The translations under genes and the position numbers were made by a program. From an uncultured Acidobacteriota bacterium (GTDB taxonomy: Bacteria > Acidobacteriota > Vicinamibacteria > Vicinamibacterales > 2-12-FULL-66-21), in the NCBI GenBank assembly GCA_963773005.1, contig CAVYZR010000008.1, positions 545,469 through 609,468 of the forward strand: a DNA stretch of 64,000 nucleotides. Reading direction: 5' to 3'. The notes under the pieces were generated by a model. The model saw nothing but the letters and a program-made list of their open reading frames with translations. It was not told where the DNA came from and searched no databases. Shown here piece by piece: positions 35,618-44,154 of the stretch (position 1 is the first letter of the stretch; every line of letters begins with the position of its first letter).

Positions 35618-36895
35618 GTGAGCCTCGTCCCAGTCGCACTGCAACTGCTGGTGCTTCTCATCGCTACAGCGGCGGTACCGGCCTCGTTGATCGCCTCACG
35701 CGTTCTGCACCAGGACCCGCGTGCATCGAGCAAGCAAACGGCCGTGCTCGCCGCCGGATCTCGTCTTCAGTTACGACTGACCAGCGCCCTGTCGTCGGCG
35801 ACCTCCCGCACCGGAGATCCGGTGTCGGCAGTGCTCACAGTCGATGCGGCGGCGTCGGATCTCGTCATTCCCGCCGGCACGATTGTCCGTGGTGTGGTTC
35901 GACAAGCCGCAGCCTTCTCCTGGTCGACGCCGCAGGCGTTGCTGTGGCTCGACTTTCGTGAACTGCTCTCCTCTGGTGAACGGAGTGATAAATCTGGGAG
36001 CTCGATACCGATCGTGACGAGGGTCGCAGCCGTCGACAACGCGCGTGAGACGATCGATCAGGATGGCCGTATCCTGGGCATCACACCGCCACGCGAGGCG
36101 CCGTCGAGCGCCGAGGGCGCGGTCCTGCTCGCGGCGCTGGCACCTGAGTTGTACGACTTTGCGCGTGCCGAGTTCAGCGTCCGTGAGCTCGAACGTCCCG
36201 ATATTGTTTACGGCACCGGCACCGATTTTGTCCTGGAGACGCTGACGACGACGCGCGACGTGCCCGCGCGTATGCCGCGGGTGGAGGCCCCGCCGGACCG
36301 TGGATTGCTGATGATCGCGGCGGCGCAGCCGTTGAGGACCGTCGCCGGAACACCGGCTCTGCCAGCCGACGTCATCAACCTGGTATTCAGCGCGAGCGAA
36401 ACCGCGTTGCGGGACGCGTTCGATGCCGCTGGCTGGAACACGGCCGTCGCGCTCGGACTGCGCGCCGACGTGAAAACAATCCTCGCCGTGGCCGTGGACC
36501 GAGGATACAAGCTCGGTCCCGTCTCGCTGCAGTCACTGAACGGCCGCTCGCCGGACCACGTGTTCCAAAAGCAGACCAACACGTTCGATCGGCGCCATCA
36601 CGTTCGCATCTGGCGAGTGGAAGAAACGTATCAGGGTCTGCCAGTGTGGGCGGCGAGTGCGACGCACGACATCGGTATCAAGTTCGCGCGTGAGGAGAGA
36701 ACCTTCACGCATCGCGTCGAGCCGGAAATCGATCTCGAGCGCCAGAAAGTCGTCAACGATTTGCGGTTTGCGGGATCCGTTGCTGGGTACGCGCTCGAGA
36801 GCCGGCCGGGTGTTCCGACCGAGCTGACCAATGCGACTGGGGACCTGATGACGACCGACGGCAAGGTCGCCGTCGTCGTCCTCCGGCCTCGCTGA
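35618..36895 (+). CDS. LssY-C-terminal-domain-like protein, secreted
   Basis: GTG start 8 nt after the kinase stop. N-terminal hydrophobic signal. C-terminal region with NTFDRRHHVRIWRV...ATHDIGIKF is reminiscent of the LssY_C family. Confidence 0.5.
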   Translation: MSLVPVALQLLVLLIATAAVPASLIASRVLHQDPRASSKQTAVLAAGSRLQLRLTSALSSATSRTGDPVSAVLTVDAAASDLVIPAGTIVRGVVRQAAAFSWSTPQALLWLDFRELLSSGERSDKSGSSIPIVTRVAAVDNARETIDQDGRILGITPPREAPSSAEGAVLLAALAPELYDFARAEFSVRELERPDIVYGTGTDFVLETLTTTRDVPARMPRVEAPPDRGLLMIAAAQPLRTVAGTPALPADVINLVFSASETALRDAFDAAGWNTAVALGLRADVKTILAVAVDRGYKLGPVSLQSLNGRSPDHVFQKQTNTFDRRHHVRIWRVEETYQGLPVWAASATHDIGIKFAREERTFTHRVEPEIDLERQKVVNDLRFAGSVAGYALESRPGVPTELTNATGDLMTTDGKVAVVVLRPR

Positions 36896-36982
36896 GAAAC
36901 GAAAGGCCGGGCGTGCTGCCATCCGCTCGGATGGAGCAGCGCCCGGCCGTTGCCTGCCGTGGCGTGGCGCCGCGGCCTGAAG

Positions 36983-38470
36983 TTACTTCGCGCCGCCGAG
37001 GGTGACGAAGGCGTCGCCGCCCTTGCGCGCGACGAGGAGAAGCGCGGGCCGGCTGGTCGACTGGCCGAGCGCCGACTTCAGCTCGCTCGCGGACGTCACG
37101 GCCTTGCCGTTCACCTGAGCGATGACGTCGCCAGGCCGGAGGCCGGCTGCGGCGGCTGCGCCATCAGGATCGATGTCGCGGATGACGACGCCCTCGCGCC
37201 GTCCGGTCAATTCGAGCTCCCGCGCAACCTCCGGCGTCAACGGCTGCACCGTCATGCCAAAGCCTTGCGTATCAGCGCCGTCAGGTCCGGAGATTCGCGT
37301 CTTCCCATCCGACTGCTGAGCGTCGAGCGTCGCATTGAGCGTCTGGCTGCGACCGTCACGCAGGATCTCCACTGCCACCTTCGATCCGGGTTTCGTTCCG
37401 GCGATGCGGTTGCGGAGCGCGTTGTTGTCCGCGAGTTTCTCACCGTCGAGCGCGACGATGACATCCCCCTGACGCAGGCCGGCTCGCGCGGCCGCGCTGT
37501 CGGGCTCAACACCGCTCACCAGTGCGCCGCCCACGCTGGGAAGGTTCAGGCTGGAGGCAATGTCGGCCGTCACGTTCTGGATCGTGACGCCGAGCTTGCT
37601 GCGGCTCACCTTACCGTCGGTCTTCAATTGATCCATGACCTGCCGGGCCATGTTCGAGGGGATCGCGAATCCGAGCCCGATGTTGCCGCCGGTTGGCGTC
37701 AGGATTTGGGAGTTGATGCCGACGAGCTCGCCGGACAGGTTGACCAGCGCGCCGCCGGAGTTGCCCTGATTGATGGCGGCGTCGGTCTGGAGGAAGTCCT
37801 CGTAGCTGCCGTCGCCGACGCCAGTGGCGCGGCCCTTCGCGCTGATGATGCCCATCGTCACGGTCTGCCCGACACTGAGCGGGTTACCAATGGCGAGGAC
37901 GACATCGCCGACGCTGACGCGGTTCGAATCACCGATCGGCAGCGTGTGCAGGCCCTGCGCGTCGACTTTCAGCACCGCCAGGTCGCTCGCCGGATCGGTC
38001 CCGACGACCTTCGCGTCGAACGTCCGCTTGTCGGTCAGCTCGACGCGGACGCGGTCGGCGCCGTCGATGACGTGGTTGTTCGTCAGGATGTAGCCGTCAG
38101 GCGTGGTGATCACACCGGACCCGAGTCCCGACTGACGGGGGACACGCTGTTGCCGCGAGTCTGGCAGCCGGCGACCGAAGAACTCACGAAACATCGGGTC
38201 GTCGGGCAGTTGCGGCATCCCGGTCGGAACCATCGATGCACGCTTGTCGACGCGAACGGTGACGACGGCCGGCGCGACCGCGTTCACGATACCCGCATAC
38301 GAGGTACCGGGCACTGGCGCGGGTGATGAAACCGAGGGTGAGGACGCGGCGACGAGAGCGCTTGGCTGCTGAGTCTGTCCAACGCTGTATCCGGCGAATG
38401 CGACAAACGCGATGGCTGCGACGCCGGCGCCGGCCCGGGTCAACAGGCGACGCGGGGAGGGGTTGTTCAT
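36983..38470 (-). CDS. degP: DegP/HtrA (Do-family) periplasmic serine protease with two PDZ domains
   Basis: 495 aa. Signal peptide, trypsin-like catalytic motifs (TNNHV, D...AVLK, GNSGGALVN) and two PDZ-like segments. SD AAGGAG upstream. Confidence 0.85.
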   Translation of the reverse strand: MNNPSPRRLLTRAGAGVAAIAFVAFAGYSVGQTQQPSALVAASSPSVSSPAPVPGTSYAGIVNAVAPAVVTVRVDKRASMVPTGMPQLPDDPMFREFFGRRLPDSRQQRVPRQSGLGSGVITTPDGYILTNNHVIDGADRVRVELTDKRTFDAKVVGTDPASDLAVLKVDAQGLHTLPIGDSNRVSVGDVVLAIGNPLSVGQTVTMGIISAKGRATGVGDGSYEDFLQTDAAINQGNSGGALVNLSGELVGINSQILTPTGGNIGLGFAIPSNMARQVMDQLKTDGKVSRSKLGVTIQNVTADIASSLNLPSVGGALVSGVEPDSAAARAGLRQGDVIVALDGEKLADNNALRNRIAGTKPGSKVAVEILRDGRSQTLNATLDAQQSDGKTRISGPDGADTQGFGMTVQPLTPEVARELELTGRREGVVIRDIDPDGAAAAAGLRPGDVIAQVNGKAVTSASELKSALGQSTSRPALLLVARKGGDAFVTLGGAK

Positions 38471-38594
38471 GGCTATCTGATCTCCTTCTTACTATTAGGA
38501 CTGCCGCTGCATATTCGTTGGGCGGCTGGTCACCTAATAAGACGATGAGCAGCGTTGCCAGGCCGTTGCTGGACTATTACAACGGTGTAATGTT

Positions 38595-38722
38595 GTCGTT
38601 CGGAGTTCGTCGTTCTGGGTTCGTCGTTCTGGGTTCTGGGTTCTGGTTCAGGGTTCGCGAACGCTGAACCAAGAACCGCGAACCGAGAATCGACGAACCC
38701 AGAACGACGAACTACGAACGAC
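38595..38722. repeat. 128-nt imperfect palindrome built from GTTC(G/T) oligomers (family C)
   Basis: Outer arms 38595-38626 and 38691-38722 pair at 31 of 32 positions. The inner arms are also largely complementary, centred on TTCGCGAA (38654-38661). The right arm contains the HK stop codon (38712-14). Confidence 0.8.
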
Positions 38723-40139
38723 GATGTTCTGTTCCCTTCGGCAGTCGGATGGTGAAGGTCGAGCCACGGCCGAGCTCGGTTTGGACGTCTACGGTGCCGC
38801 CGTGGGCCCGGACGATGGCGCGCACGAGGCTGAGGCCGAGGCCGAGGCCGCGTTCGGCCCGGCTGTGGTCGCCGCGATAGAGCCGCTCCCAGATCCGCGG
38901 CAGATCGTGCGCCGCGATCCCGATGCCTGTATCGGCGACCTCGATGCGAATGGAATCTTCGTCGGCAGCAGCGCTGACCGTCACCCGTCCTCCCGGTGGC
39001 GTGTATTTGATGGCGTTGTCGACCAGGTTGGCCAGCACCTGGCGCAGGCGATCGCGATCGCCGGTCACGCTCACCGCTTCATCGAGCGCGGTGCGAAGAT
39101 CGATCTGCTTGTCTTCGGCGACGTCCTCGTACACGCTGACGACTTCACGGACCAGCGCGTCGAGATCCACCGGTGCGAGCGCGAGCCGCATCGTGCCGGT
39201 CTCCGCTTCCGAGATGTCCATCAACGTATCGAGCATCGCCAGGATCCGCTCGGATTCCTCGAGGCAGGTCGAGAGCGCCTCGCGCTGTGCCTGGAGGTTG
39301 CCTCCAGCCGGGTCGCTGGCGAGCGCCCGCTCGGCCACGCCGCGAAGCCGCGTCATCGGCGTGCGGAGATCGTGGGCGACGTTGTCGAGGGCGCTGCCCA
39401 TGCCCTCGATGAGCGTGCTGATGCGATCGAGCATCTGGTTGAACAAGGCGCTCAGCTCGTTGATGGCATCGCGATCGGTGCCAACCGGCACGCGTGTGTC
39501 GGTGCTCCCCGTCCGGGTGATGGCGCTGACCGCGGCAATCAATCGATGAATCGGCTCGAGCGTTCTCCGCGTGACCAGGATTCCGCCTGCCAGCCCGATA
39601 AGGACAATGGCCACCGACACCAGCGTCACAATCGTCCGGAACCGGGCCAGCAACTCCTCGCGGTTTTCAGTGCTCTTGCCAACCTGGAGCAGGGTGCCAC
39701 CCGGGAGCCGTGCCGACGCGACTTCGAGCTTCGCCGCGCGCGATCCAGACTGCGCCTGTTCCCAGAGGCCGCTTCGCCCGCCGAGGCCGCTGACGTCGAA
39801 GTCGCTCCATTCCGGCGGCATGCTGACGAAAAGCGTTTCGCTGCCGCCGCGGACCACGCGCACGAACAGGCGCTCATGTCGACCCGACCGTTGCTCGAGA
39901 TCGACCGCACGGCCAAGCGCTGGCAAACCGCCGTCGGCATATTGGGCCGCGTATTCACGAAGCGTCGAAGTGACGATCTGCCGGTCGCGTTCGGCAAGCG
40001 AAGAGGCGAGCAGCGTGTAGGTGAGGAGCACGATCGCGAGCGAGCTCGCCACGAAGACCGCGGCGTACCAGAACGCCAATCGCAGTCCGAATCGTCCGGA
40101 CGGGGGAGCGGCAGCGCGCAGCAGGGTTTCGTCGGCCAC
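38712..40139 (-). CDS. sensor histidine kinase (HAMP-HisKA-HATPase)
   Basis: 475 aa, GTG start, two TM helices. H-box NVAHDLRTPMT and HATPase motifs (DNAIKYTP, DTGIGI, GLGLSLV). Confidence 0.85.
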   Translation of the reverse strand: MADETLLRAAAPPSGRFGLRLAFWYAAVFVASSLAIVLLTYTLLASSLAERDRQIVTSTLREYAAQYADGGLPALGRAVDLEQRSGRHERLFVRVVRGGSETLFVSMPPEWSDFDVSGLGGRSGLWEQAQSGSRAAKLEVASARLPGGTLLQVGKSTENREELLARFRTIVTLVSVAIVLIGLAGGILVTRRTLEPIHRLIAAVSAITRTGSTDTRVPVGTDRDAINELSALFNQMLDRISTLIEGMGSALDNVAHDLRTPMTRLRGVAERALASDPAGGNLQAQREALSTCLEESERILAMLDTLMDISEAETGTMRLALAPVDLDALVREVVSVYEDVAEDKQIDLRTALDEAVSVTGDRDRLRQVLANLVDNAIKYTPPGGRVTVSAAADEDSIRIEVADTGIGIAAHDLPRIWERLYRGDHSRAERGLGLGLSLVRAIVRAHGGTVDVQTELGRGSTFTIRLPKGTEHRRS

Positions 40140-40200
40140 GTTCTGAGGAGGTTAGCGGCTTTGGTACCGTGTCACAAGGTCACTCTGCAAGAGCCATTCA

Positions 40201-40372
40201 CCGCTGAGAACGCGGAGCTCGCAGAGCCTTTTCAAAGAGCATGAGAGCGATTGCCTGTTCTTTGTCGCTTGTAGTGTCCGGCTTTAGCCGGACGTCAGTC
40301 GGTCCGCCTAAAGGTGGACACTACGGACAAATGAAAGCGTTAGAGCCTCTGCGTGTTCAGTGTCCTCAGCGG
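40201..40372. repeat. REP-like composite element between RR and HK genes
   Basis: Central hairpin GTAGTGTCC (40271-79) with GGACACTAC (40316-24) enclosing GGCTTTAGCCGGAC...GTCCGCCTAAAGG. Flanked by an imperfect ~28-bp inverted repeat (40201-40228 with 40343-40372). Confidence 0.7.
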
Positions 40373-40401
40373 TGAAAGGCTTTGGCGGCAAACCAAGACG
40401 A

Positions 40402-41088
40402 CTATTGTGCGGCGCCCCGCGGCTCGAGCACGTAGCCGACGCCGCGCACGGTGTGCAGGAGCTTCGTTTCGAACCCCTTGTCGATCTTCTCGCGCAGCCG
40501 CGAGACGAGGACGTCGACCACGTTCGTCCCCGGGTTGAAGTTGTACCCCCAGACATGCGAGAGGATCATTGTCTTGGAGATCACGCGGCCCGGGTTGCGC
40601 ATCAGGTACTCGAGCAGGGCAAACTCTCGCGGGCGGAGATCGAGCGCGGCGCCGGCGCGCTCGGTCCTTCGCGTCAGCAGATCGATCGACAGATCACCGG
40701 CCGTGAGGCGGGTCGGCTCGGTCGCGCCGGTCGAGCGTCGAATGAGGGCCTGGACGCGCGCAATCAGCTCGGCGAAGGCGAACGGCTTGGTCAGGTAGTC
40801 ATCGCTCCCCGCCTGCAGGCCGCGGACGCGATCGTCCACGGTCCGCCGCGCGCTCAGGATCAGCACGGGCGTCCGCACGCCGCGGGCGCGCATCCGATCG
40901 ATGAGCGAGAGACCGTCGAGCTTCGGCAGCATCACGTCGATGATGGCGACGTCGTAAGCACCCTGGATGGCAAGTTCCAGGCCCTGTTCGCCGTCGGCCG
41001 CAGTGTCCATCGCAAACCCGGCCTCTGCGAGCCCCTTGCCCACAAAGTCGGCAATCGTCGCGTCGTCTTCGACGATGAGCACCCGCAT
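40402..41088 (-). CDS. OmpR-family response regulator
   Basis: 228 aa. REC region (MRVLIVEDD...IIDVMLPKLDG...DDYLTKPF) and a winged-helix C-terminus (LLEYLMRNPGRVISKTMILSHVWGYNF...LHTVRGVGY). Confidence 0.9.
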   Translation of the reverse strand: MRVLIVEDDATIADFVGKGLAEAGFAMDTAADGEQGLELAIQGAYDVAIIDVMLPKLDGLSLIDRMRARGVRTPVLILSARRTVDDRVRGLQAGSDDYLTKPFAFAELIARVQALIRRSTGATEPTRLTAGDLSIDLLTRRTERAGAALDLRPREFALLEYLMRNPGRVISKTMILSHVWGYNFNPGTNVVDVLVSRLREKIDKGFETKLLHTVRGVGYVLEPRGAAQ

Positions 41089-41095
41089 CGAGCCG

Positions 41096-42316
41096 CTACC
41101 GCTTGCTGACGAGGCGCCAGAACTGGGTTTCGTTGAGGACGGTGACTTTCTGACCCTTTTCGCGGAGGCGCTTGATCTCCATCAACTTCCGGCCGCCGTC
41201 GCGGCCGGCGGCCTGTAAGGCGTTGGGTCGTCCGCGGACGATGACCGTCGTCTTCGAGGATGGTCCGCTGTGGACGAGCGCCCCGGCGCGGCGCGCGGCC
41301 CGGATCGCGTCGCGTCGCGGCTTGCTGAGGATGCCCGTAAACGTCAGGTGCACGCCCTTGAGCGTGCGCAGCACGCCAACGTTGAGCGCGGTCGGCGGGT
41401 TGCGGAGCGCTTCGATCAGCTCGTTGGCACTTTCGTATCGCTTGCGGCGTTCGCCGAGGCAGCGATAGACGATTTCCTTCAGGTGATCGCTACACGGCAG
41501 AAGCCGCACGTCGGGCGTTCGAAGCCGCGCCCGCGCGTCCCCCTTGATCAGCATGCCTAGCAGCTGGCCGACCTGGTAGACATCGTCGCGAGCCTGCCAC
41601 TTCGGCGCAGCTCCGGCCAGAATGTCGCTGGGGGCCGTCAGCGCGTTCATCGTCCGCGCCGTGATGCCGTGGCGATCGCTCTGCTGCTGCACGATGCCGA
41701 AGTCCCCGAGCTTGAGCTGACGGCCGTCGCAGACAAAGACGTTCAGCGGCGTCAGGTCGCGATGGAGCAGCTGACCACGGTGCAGTTTGCCGAGGACGTC
41801 GAGGATTCCCGCGATCTCGCGCCTGGCGGTTCTCTCCGGCCAGCCGCCGGCATGGCGTCGCAGGTAGGCGCTCAAATCGCCGAAACGCGCGTACTCGAGG
41901 GCGAGGCAATAGCGTACGCGGCCCTCCACCAGCATCGGAAACGTGTCGAAAATGCGGATCGCCCGGGGATGCTCGTCGAGCAGCTGCCCGAAGTACGCCT
42001 CGCGAAGCCAGCCGTCAATCCGCGTGCTGATCTTGATGCAAAGGATCTCGGGCACGTCGCGGGACCGTCCGAGTCGCCGCGCAAGGTACACTTGACCGAA
42101 CCCGCCTTCGCCGAGCAGCCGTTCGACGGCGTACTTGAATCCGGTCTCAGGGCTTTCGATGGTTTGGCCGGGGCGGAGCAGTTGGCTTGCGGAGGTGACT
42201 CGGACCCGCCCGGACGTGGCCGTGCGCGTGAGGCGCTGGCTGTCCTCGGTCGAGGGAACAAGAGTCGTGAAAGGCCGTGAACGTTGCGGCATTTGGTCCG
42301 GACAGCCAATCAGCAT
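41096..42316 (-). CDS. Ser/Thr protein kinase with C-terminal BRCT-like domain
   Basis: Kinase motifs GEGGFGQVY, HRDLTPLN, DFG. C-terminal ~85 aa (LKGVHLTFTGILSKPRRDAIRAARRAGALVHSGPSSKTTVIVRG...) fits the BRCT pattern. The stop is 7 nt before the RR start. Confidence 0.7.
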   Translation of the reverse strand: MLIGCPDQMPQRSRPFTTLVPSTEDSQRLTRTATSGRVRVTSASQLLRPGQTIESPETGFKYAVERLLGEGGFGQVYLARRLGRSRDVPEILCIKISTRIDGWLREAYFGQLLDEHPRAIRIFDTFPMLVEGRVRYCLALEYARFGDLSAYLRRHAGGWPERTARREIAGILDVLGKLHRGQLLHRDLTPLNVFVCDGRQLKLGDFGIVQQQSDRHGITARTMNALTAPSDILAGAAPKWQARDDVYQVGQLLGMLIKGDARARLRTPDVRLLPCSDHLKEIVYRCLGERRKRYESANELIEALRNPPTALNVGVLRTLKGVHLTFTGILSKPRRDAIRAARRAGALVHSGPSSKTTVIVRGRPNALQAAGRDGGRKLMEIKRLREKGQKVTVLNETQFWRLVSKR

Positions 42317-42440
42317 AGCTGACTCACGGCCAGCGACACCATGCTTTGCTGGGGGCTTTGGTGCTCGGGCCGTCGTGCTCGGGTATGCTTCTTTGCTCAG
42401 GCACGGCAGCGATCAGCTCGTCCGGCCGGCCGTATCGCCC

Positions 42441-43163
42441 ATGCCCATCGACCGGAGACAATCAGCCCTGCAGCTCAACCTGGTCCTGATTGGCCCGCCC
42501 GGTTCGGGCAAGGGTACCCAGGCCGTCCGGATGGCTGAGCGATACGGCATTCCACATATCTCGACCGGGGAAATCCTTCGTGCCGCAGTGCGGGCGGGGT
42601 CGCCGCTCGGCTTGCAGGTCGCTGCCACCCTCTCGAGTGGAGGGCTCGTCAGCGACGACCTGATGACGGACCTCGTGCGTGAGCGGCTCCGCCAGGCCGA
42701 CGCGATTTCGGGCTTCATTCTCGATGGATTTCCGAGAACGGTCGTGCAGGCACATGCCCTCGACGAGATGCTCGGACATGCCGGGTCGGCGTCAGAACCT
42801 TCTCCACTGATTGTCATTCTCGTTGCCGTGGCCGACGACGCCATCGTCGAGCGGCTGAGCCGCCGACGCCTTTGCGCGTCCTGCGGAATCACTCAGTCGG
42901 TGTCGCAGGACAGCGAGCCTCAGGCCGATCCCTGCCCGTATTGCGGGGGCAGCCTGGTTCGGCGCGACGATGACTCGCCGTCGACGATCCGGCGGCGGCT
43001 GGCGACCTACGCGTCGTTTGCCGAGCCGATCACGACCCTCTACCGGGCCCGACCGCGCTTTGCCTCGGTGGATGGCTTGCGGCACGCTGACGAGGTGACG
43101 GCGGCGCTCTCCGCCCATATCGAGCTTTTGAGTGGCGGCGCTTCGGGGCAGCCAGGACAGTAA
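42441..43163 (+). CDS. adk: adenylate kinase (Zn-lid type)
   Basis: ATG 42441 within track ORF 42135..43163. P-loop GPPGSGKGTQ, motif ISTGEILR, motif ILDGFPRT, and lid CASCG...CPYCGG. Confidence 0.85.
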   Translation: MPIDRRQSALQLNLVLIGPPGSGKGTQAVRMAERYGIPHISTGEILRAAVRAGSPLGLQVAATLSSGGLVSDDLMTDLVRERLRQADAISGFILDGFPRTVVQAHALDEMLGHAGSASEPSPLIVILVAVADDAIVERLSRRRLCASCGITQSVSQDSEPQADPCPYCGGSLVRRDDDSPSTIRRRLATYASFAEPITTLYRARPRFASVDGLRHADEVTAALSAHIELLSGGASGQPGQ

Positions 43164-43215
43164 CCCCTGCCAATTCAACGCGGTCGGGCCGGGGAGGGGG
43201 TGTCCGGGCTGGGTC

Positions 43216-43243
43216 TGGACAGACCCGAGGCCCGTGCTATACT
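43216..43243 (+). promoter_or_regulatory. candidate sigma70 promoter (extended -10) for the RRM/csp unit
   Basis: TGGACA (43216-21) - 16 nt - TGC-TATACT (-10 at 43238-43). This implies a ~185-nt 5' UTR before ATG 43432. Pattern match only. Confidence 0.4.
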
Positions 43244-43431
43244 CCCTGCCGTCAGGTGGACGACAGCCATCCTGCTTGAGATCCGCGTCAAGCGCCGAAC
43301 CGAGCCCCTCCGACTCGCTTCCTCTGCGAACGTGATCGCCTGAGCACATAGCCGACTCCATCATCCGATCCGCATTGGATCATCCACTCGTGACGTGCCT
43401 CGTGCAGCGAGGCAGAAGTGAGCATTCAGAC

Positions 43432-43752
43432 ATGGCTCGAAAACTCTACGTTGGCAACCTGCCCTACGACACCGGCGAACAGGATCTCGAATCGCTTTTC
43501 GCGGCGGCGGGGACAGTCGAGTCTGTCAGCGTCATGCGCGACATGGCAACCGGTCGCGCCCGGGGCTTCGCCTTCGTCGAGATGGCGTCGGACGAAGATG
43601 CGCAGAACGCCATCAGCCAGTTCAACAACTACTCGCTCGGCGGACGCAATCTGACGGTCAACGAAGCGCGTCCGAAGCCGCAGTCCTCAGGCGGTTACGG
43701 CGGTGGTGGGGGCGGGGGCAAGGGCGGGCGTCGGCGCGAGCCGCGCTGGTAG
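43432..43752 (+). CDS. RRM-type (RNP-1) RNA-binding protein with Gly/Arg-rich tail
   Basis: ATG 43432. RNP-2 KLYVGNL, RNP-1 RGFAFVEM, C-terminal GGYGGGGGGGKGGRRREPRW. Confidence 0.85.
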   Translation: MARKLYVGNLPYDTGEQDLESLFAAAGTVESVSVMRDMATGRARGFAFVEMASDEDAQNAISQFNNYSLGGRNLTVNEARPKPQSSGGYGGGGGGGKGGRRREPRW

Positions 43753-43850
43753 CAAGTGGAGTTGGCGTCGGCGTCAGCCAAGTGGGTGGACGTCGGCGTG
43801 AGCCGAGTGGGTGGGCGTCGGCGGTGAGCCGAGTGGGTGGGATGGACGGG
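43751..43850 (+). repeat. ~3.9 copies of a 25-26-bp tandem repeat
   Basis: Units at 43751-75, 43776-800, 43801-26 and 43827-50 (AGCCGAGTGGGTGGGCGTCGGCGGTG-like). The unit is homologous to the last codons of the RRM gene (GGGCGTCGGCGCGAGCCGCGCTGG). Confidence 0.8.
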
Positions 43851-43881
43851 AGCAGGAATGCTCGATTCAGGAGTGTTGCAG

Positions 43882-44088
43882 ATGGCATCAGTGAAGGGCA
43901 CAATCAAGCGGCTGGTGAGCGACAAAGGCTTCGGCTTCGTCGCGGCGCAGGATGGCACGGAGTACTTCTTTCATCAGTCGGCCTGCACGGGAGTGCGTTT
44001 CGACGAGTTGAGGGAAGGGCAGTCGGTTTCGTTCGAGAAGGGGCAGGGCCCGAAGGGTCCGCGCGCCGAGCGCGTCACGCTCGACTAG
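43882..44088 (+). CDS. cold-shock domain protein (CspA family)
   Basis: ATG 43882 within track ORF 43837..44088, 68 aa. RNP1-like KGFGFV and RNP2-like YFFHQS motifs. Confidence 0.85.
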   Translation: MASVKGTIKRLVSDKGFGFVAAQDGTEYFFHQSACTGVRFDELREGQSVSFEKGQGPKGPRAERVTLD

Positions 44089-44126
44089 CGCGTCCGCTCG
44101 ACTTATCGACTCTGAGATTGGAGGAG

Positions 44127-44154
44127 CGCGGACTGGCCTGAGCAGTCCGCGTTT
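44127..44154 (+). terminator. rho-independent terminator candidate after csp
   Basis: 9-bp stem CGCGGACTG / CAGTCCGCG with a 7-nt loop, followed by TTT. Confidence 0.5.

Noticed and set aside
34156-35733. 525-aa - strand ORF
   Set aside because: It lies antisense to the TPR part of the Ser/Thr kinase gene. Low-complexity Arg/Gly/Leu composition.
36950-38326. 458-aa + strand ORF
   Set aside because: It lies antisense to degP, which has the catalytic triad and PDZ domains. Shadow ORF.
38724-40244. 506-aa + strand ORF
   Set aside because: It lies antisense to the histidine kinase, which has clear H-box and ATPase motifs. Shadow ORF.
43782-44141. 119-aa + strand ORF overlapping csp
   Set aside because: It is generated by the 25-bp tandem repeat and overlaps the well-supported cold-shock gene in another frame.
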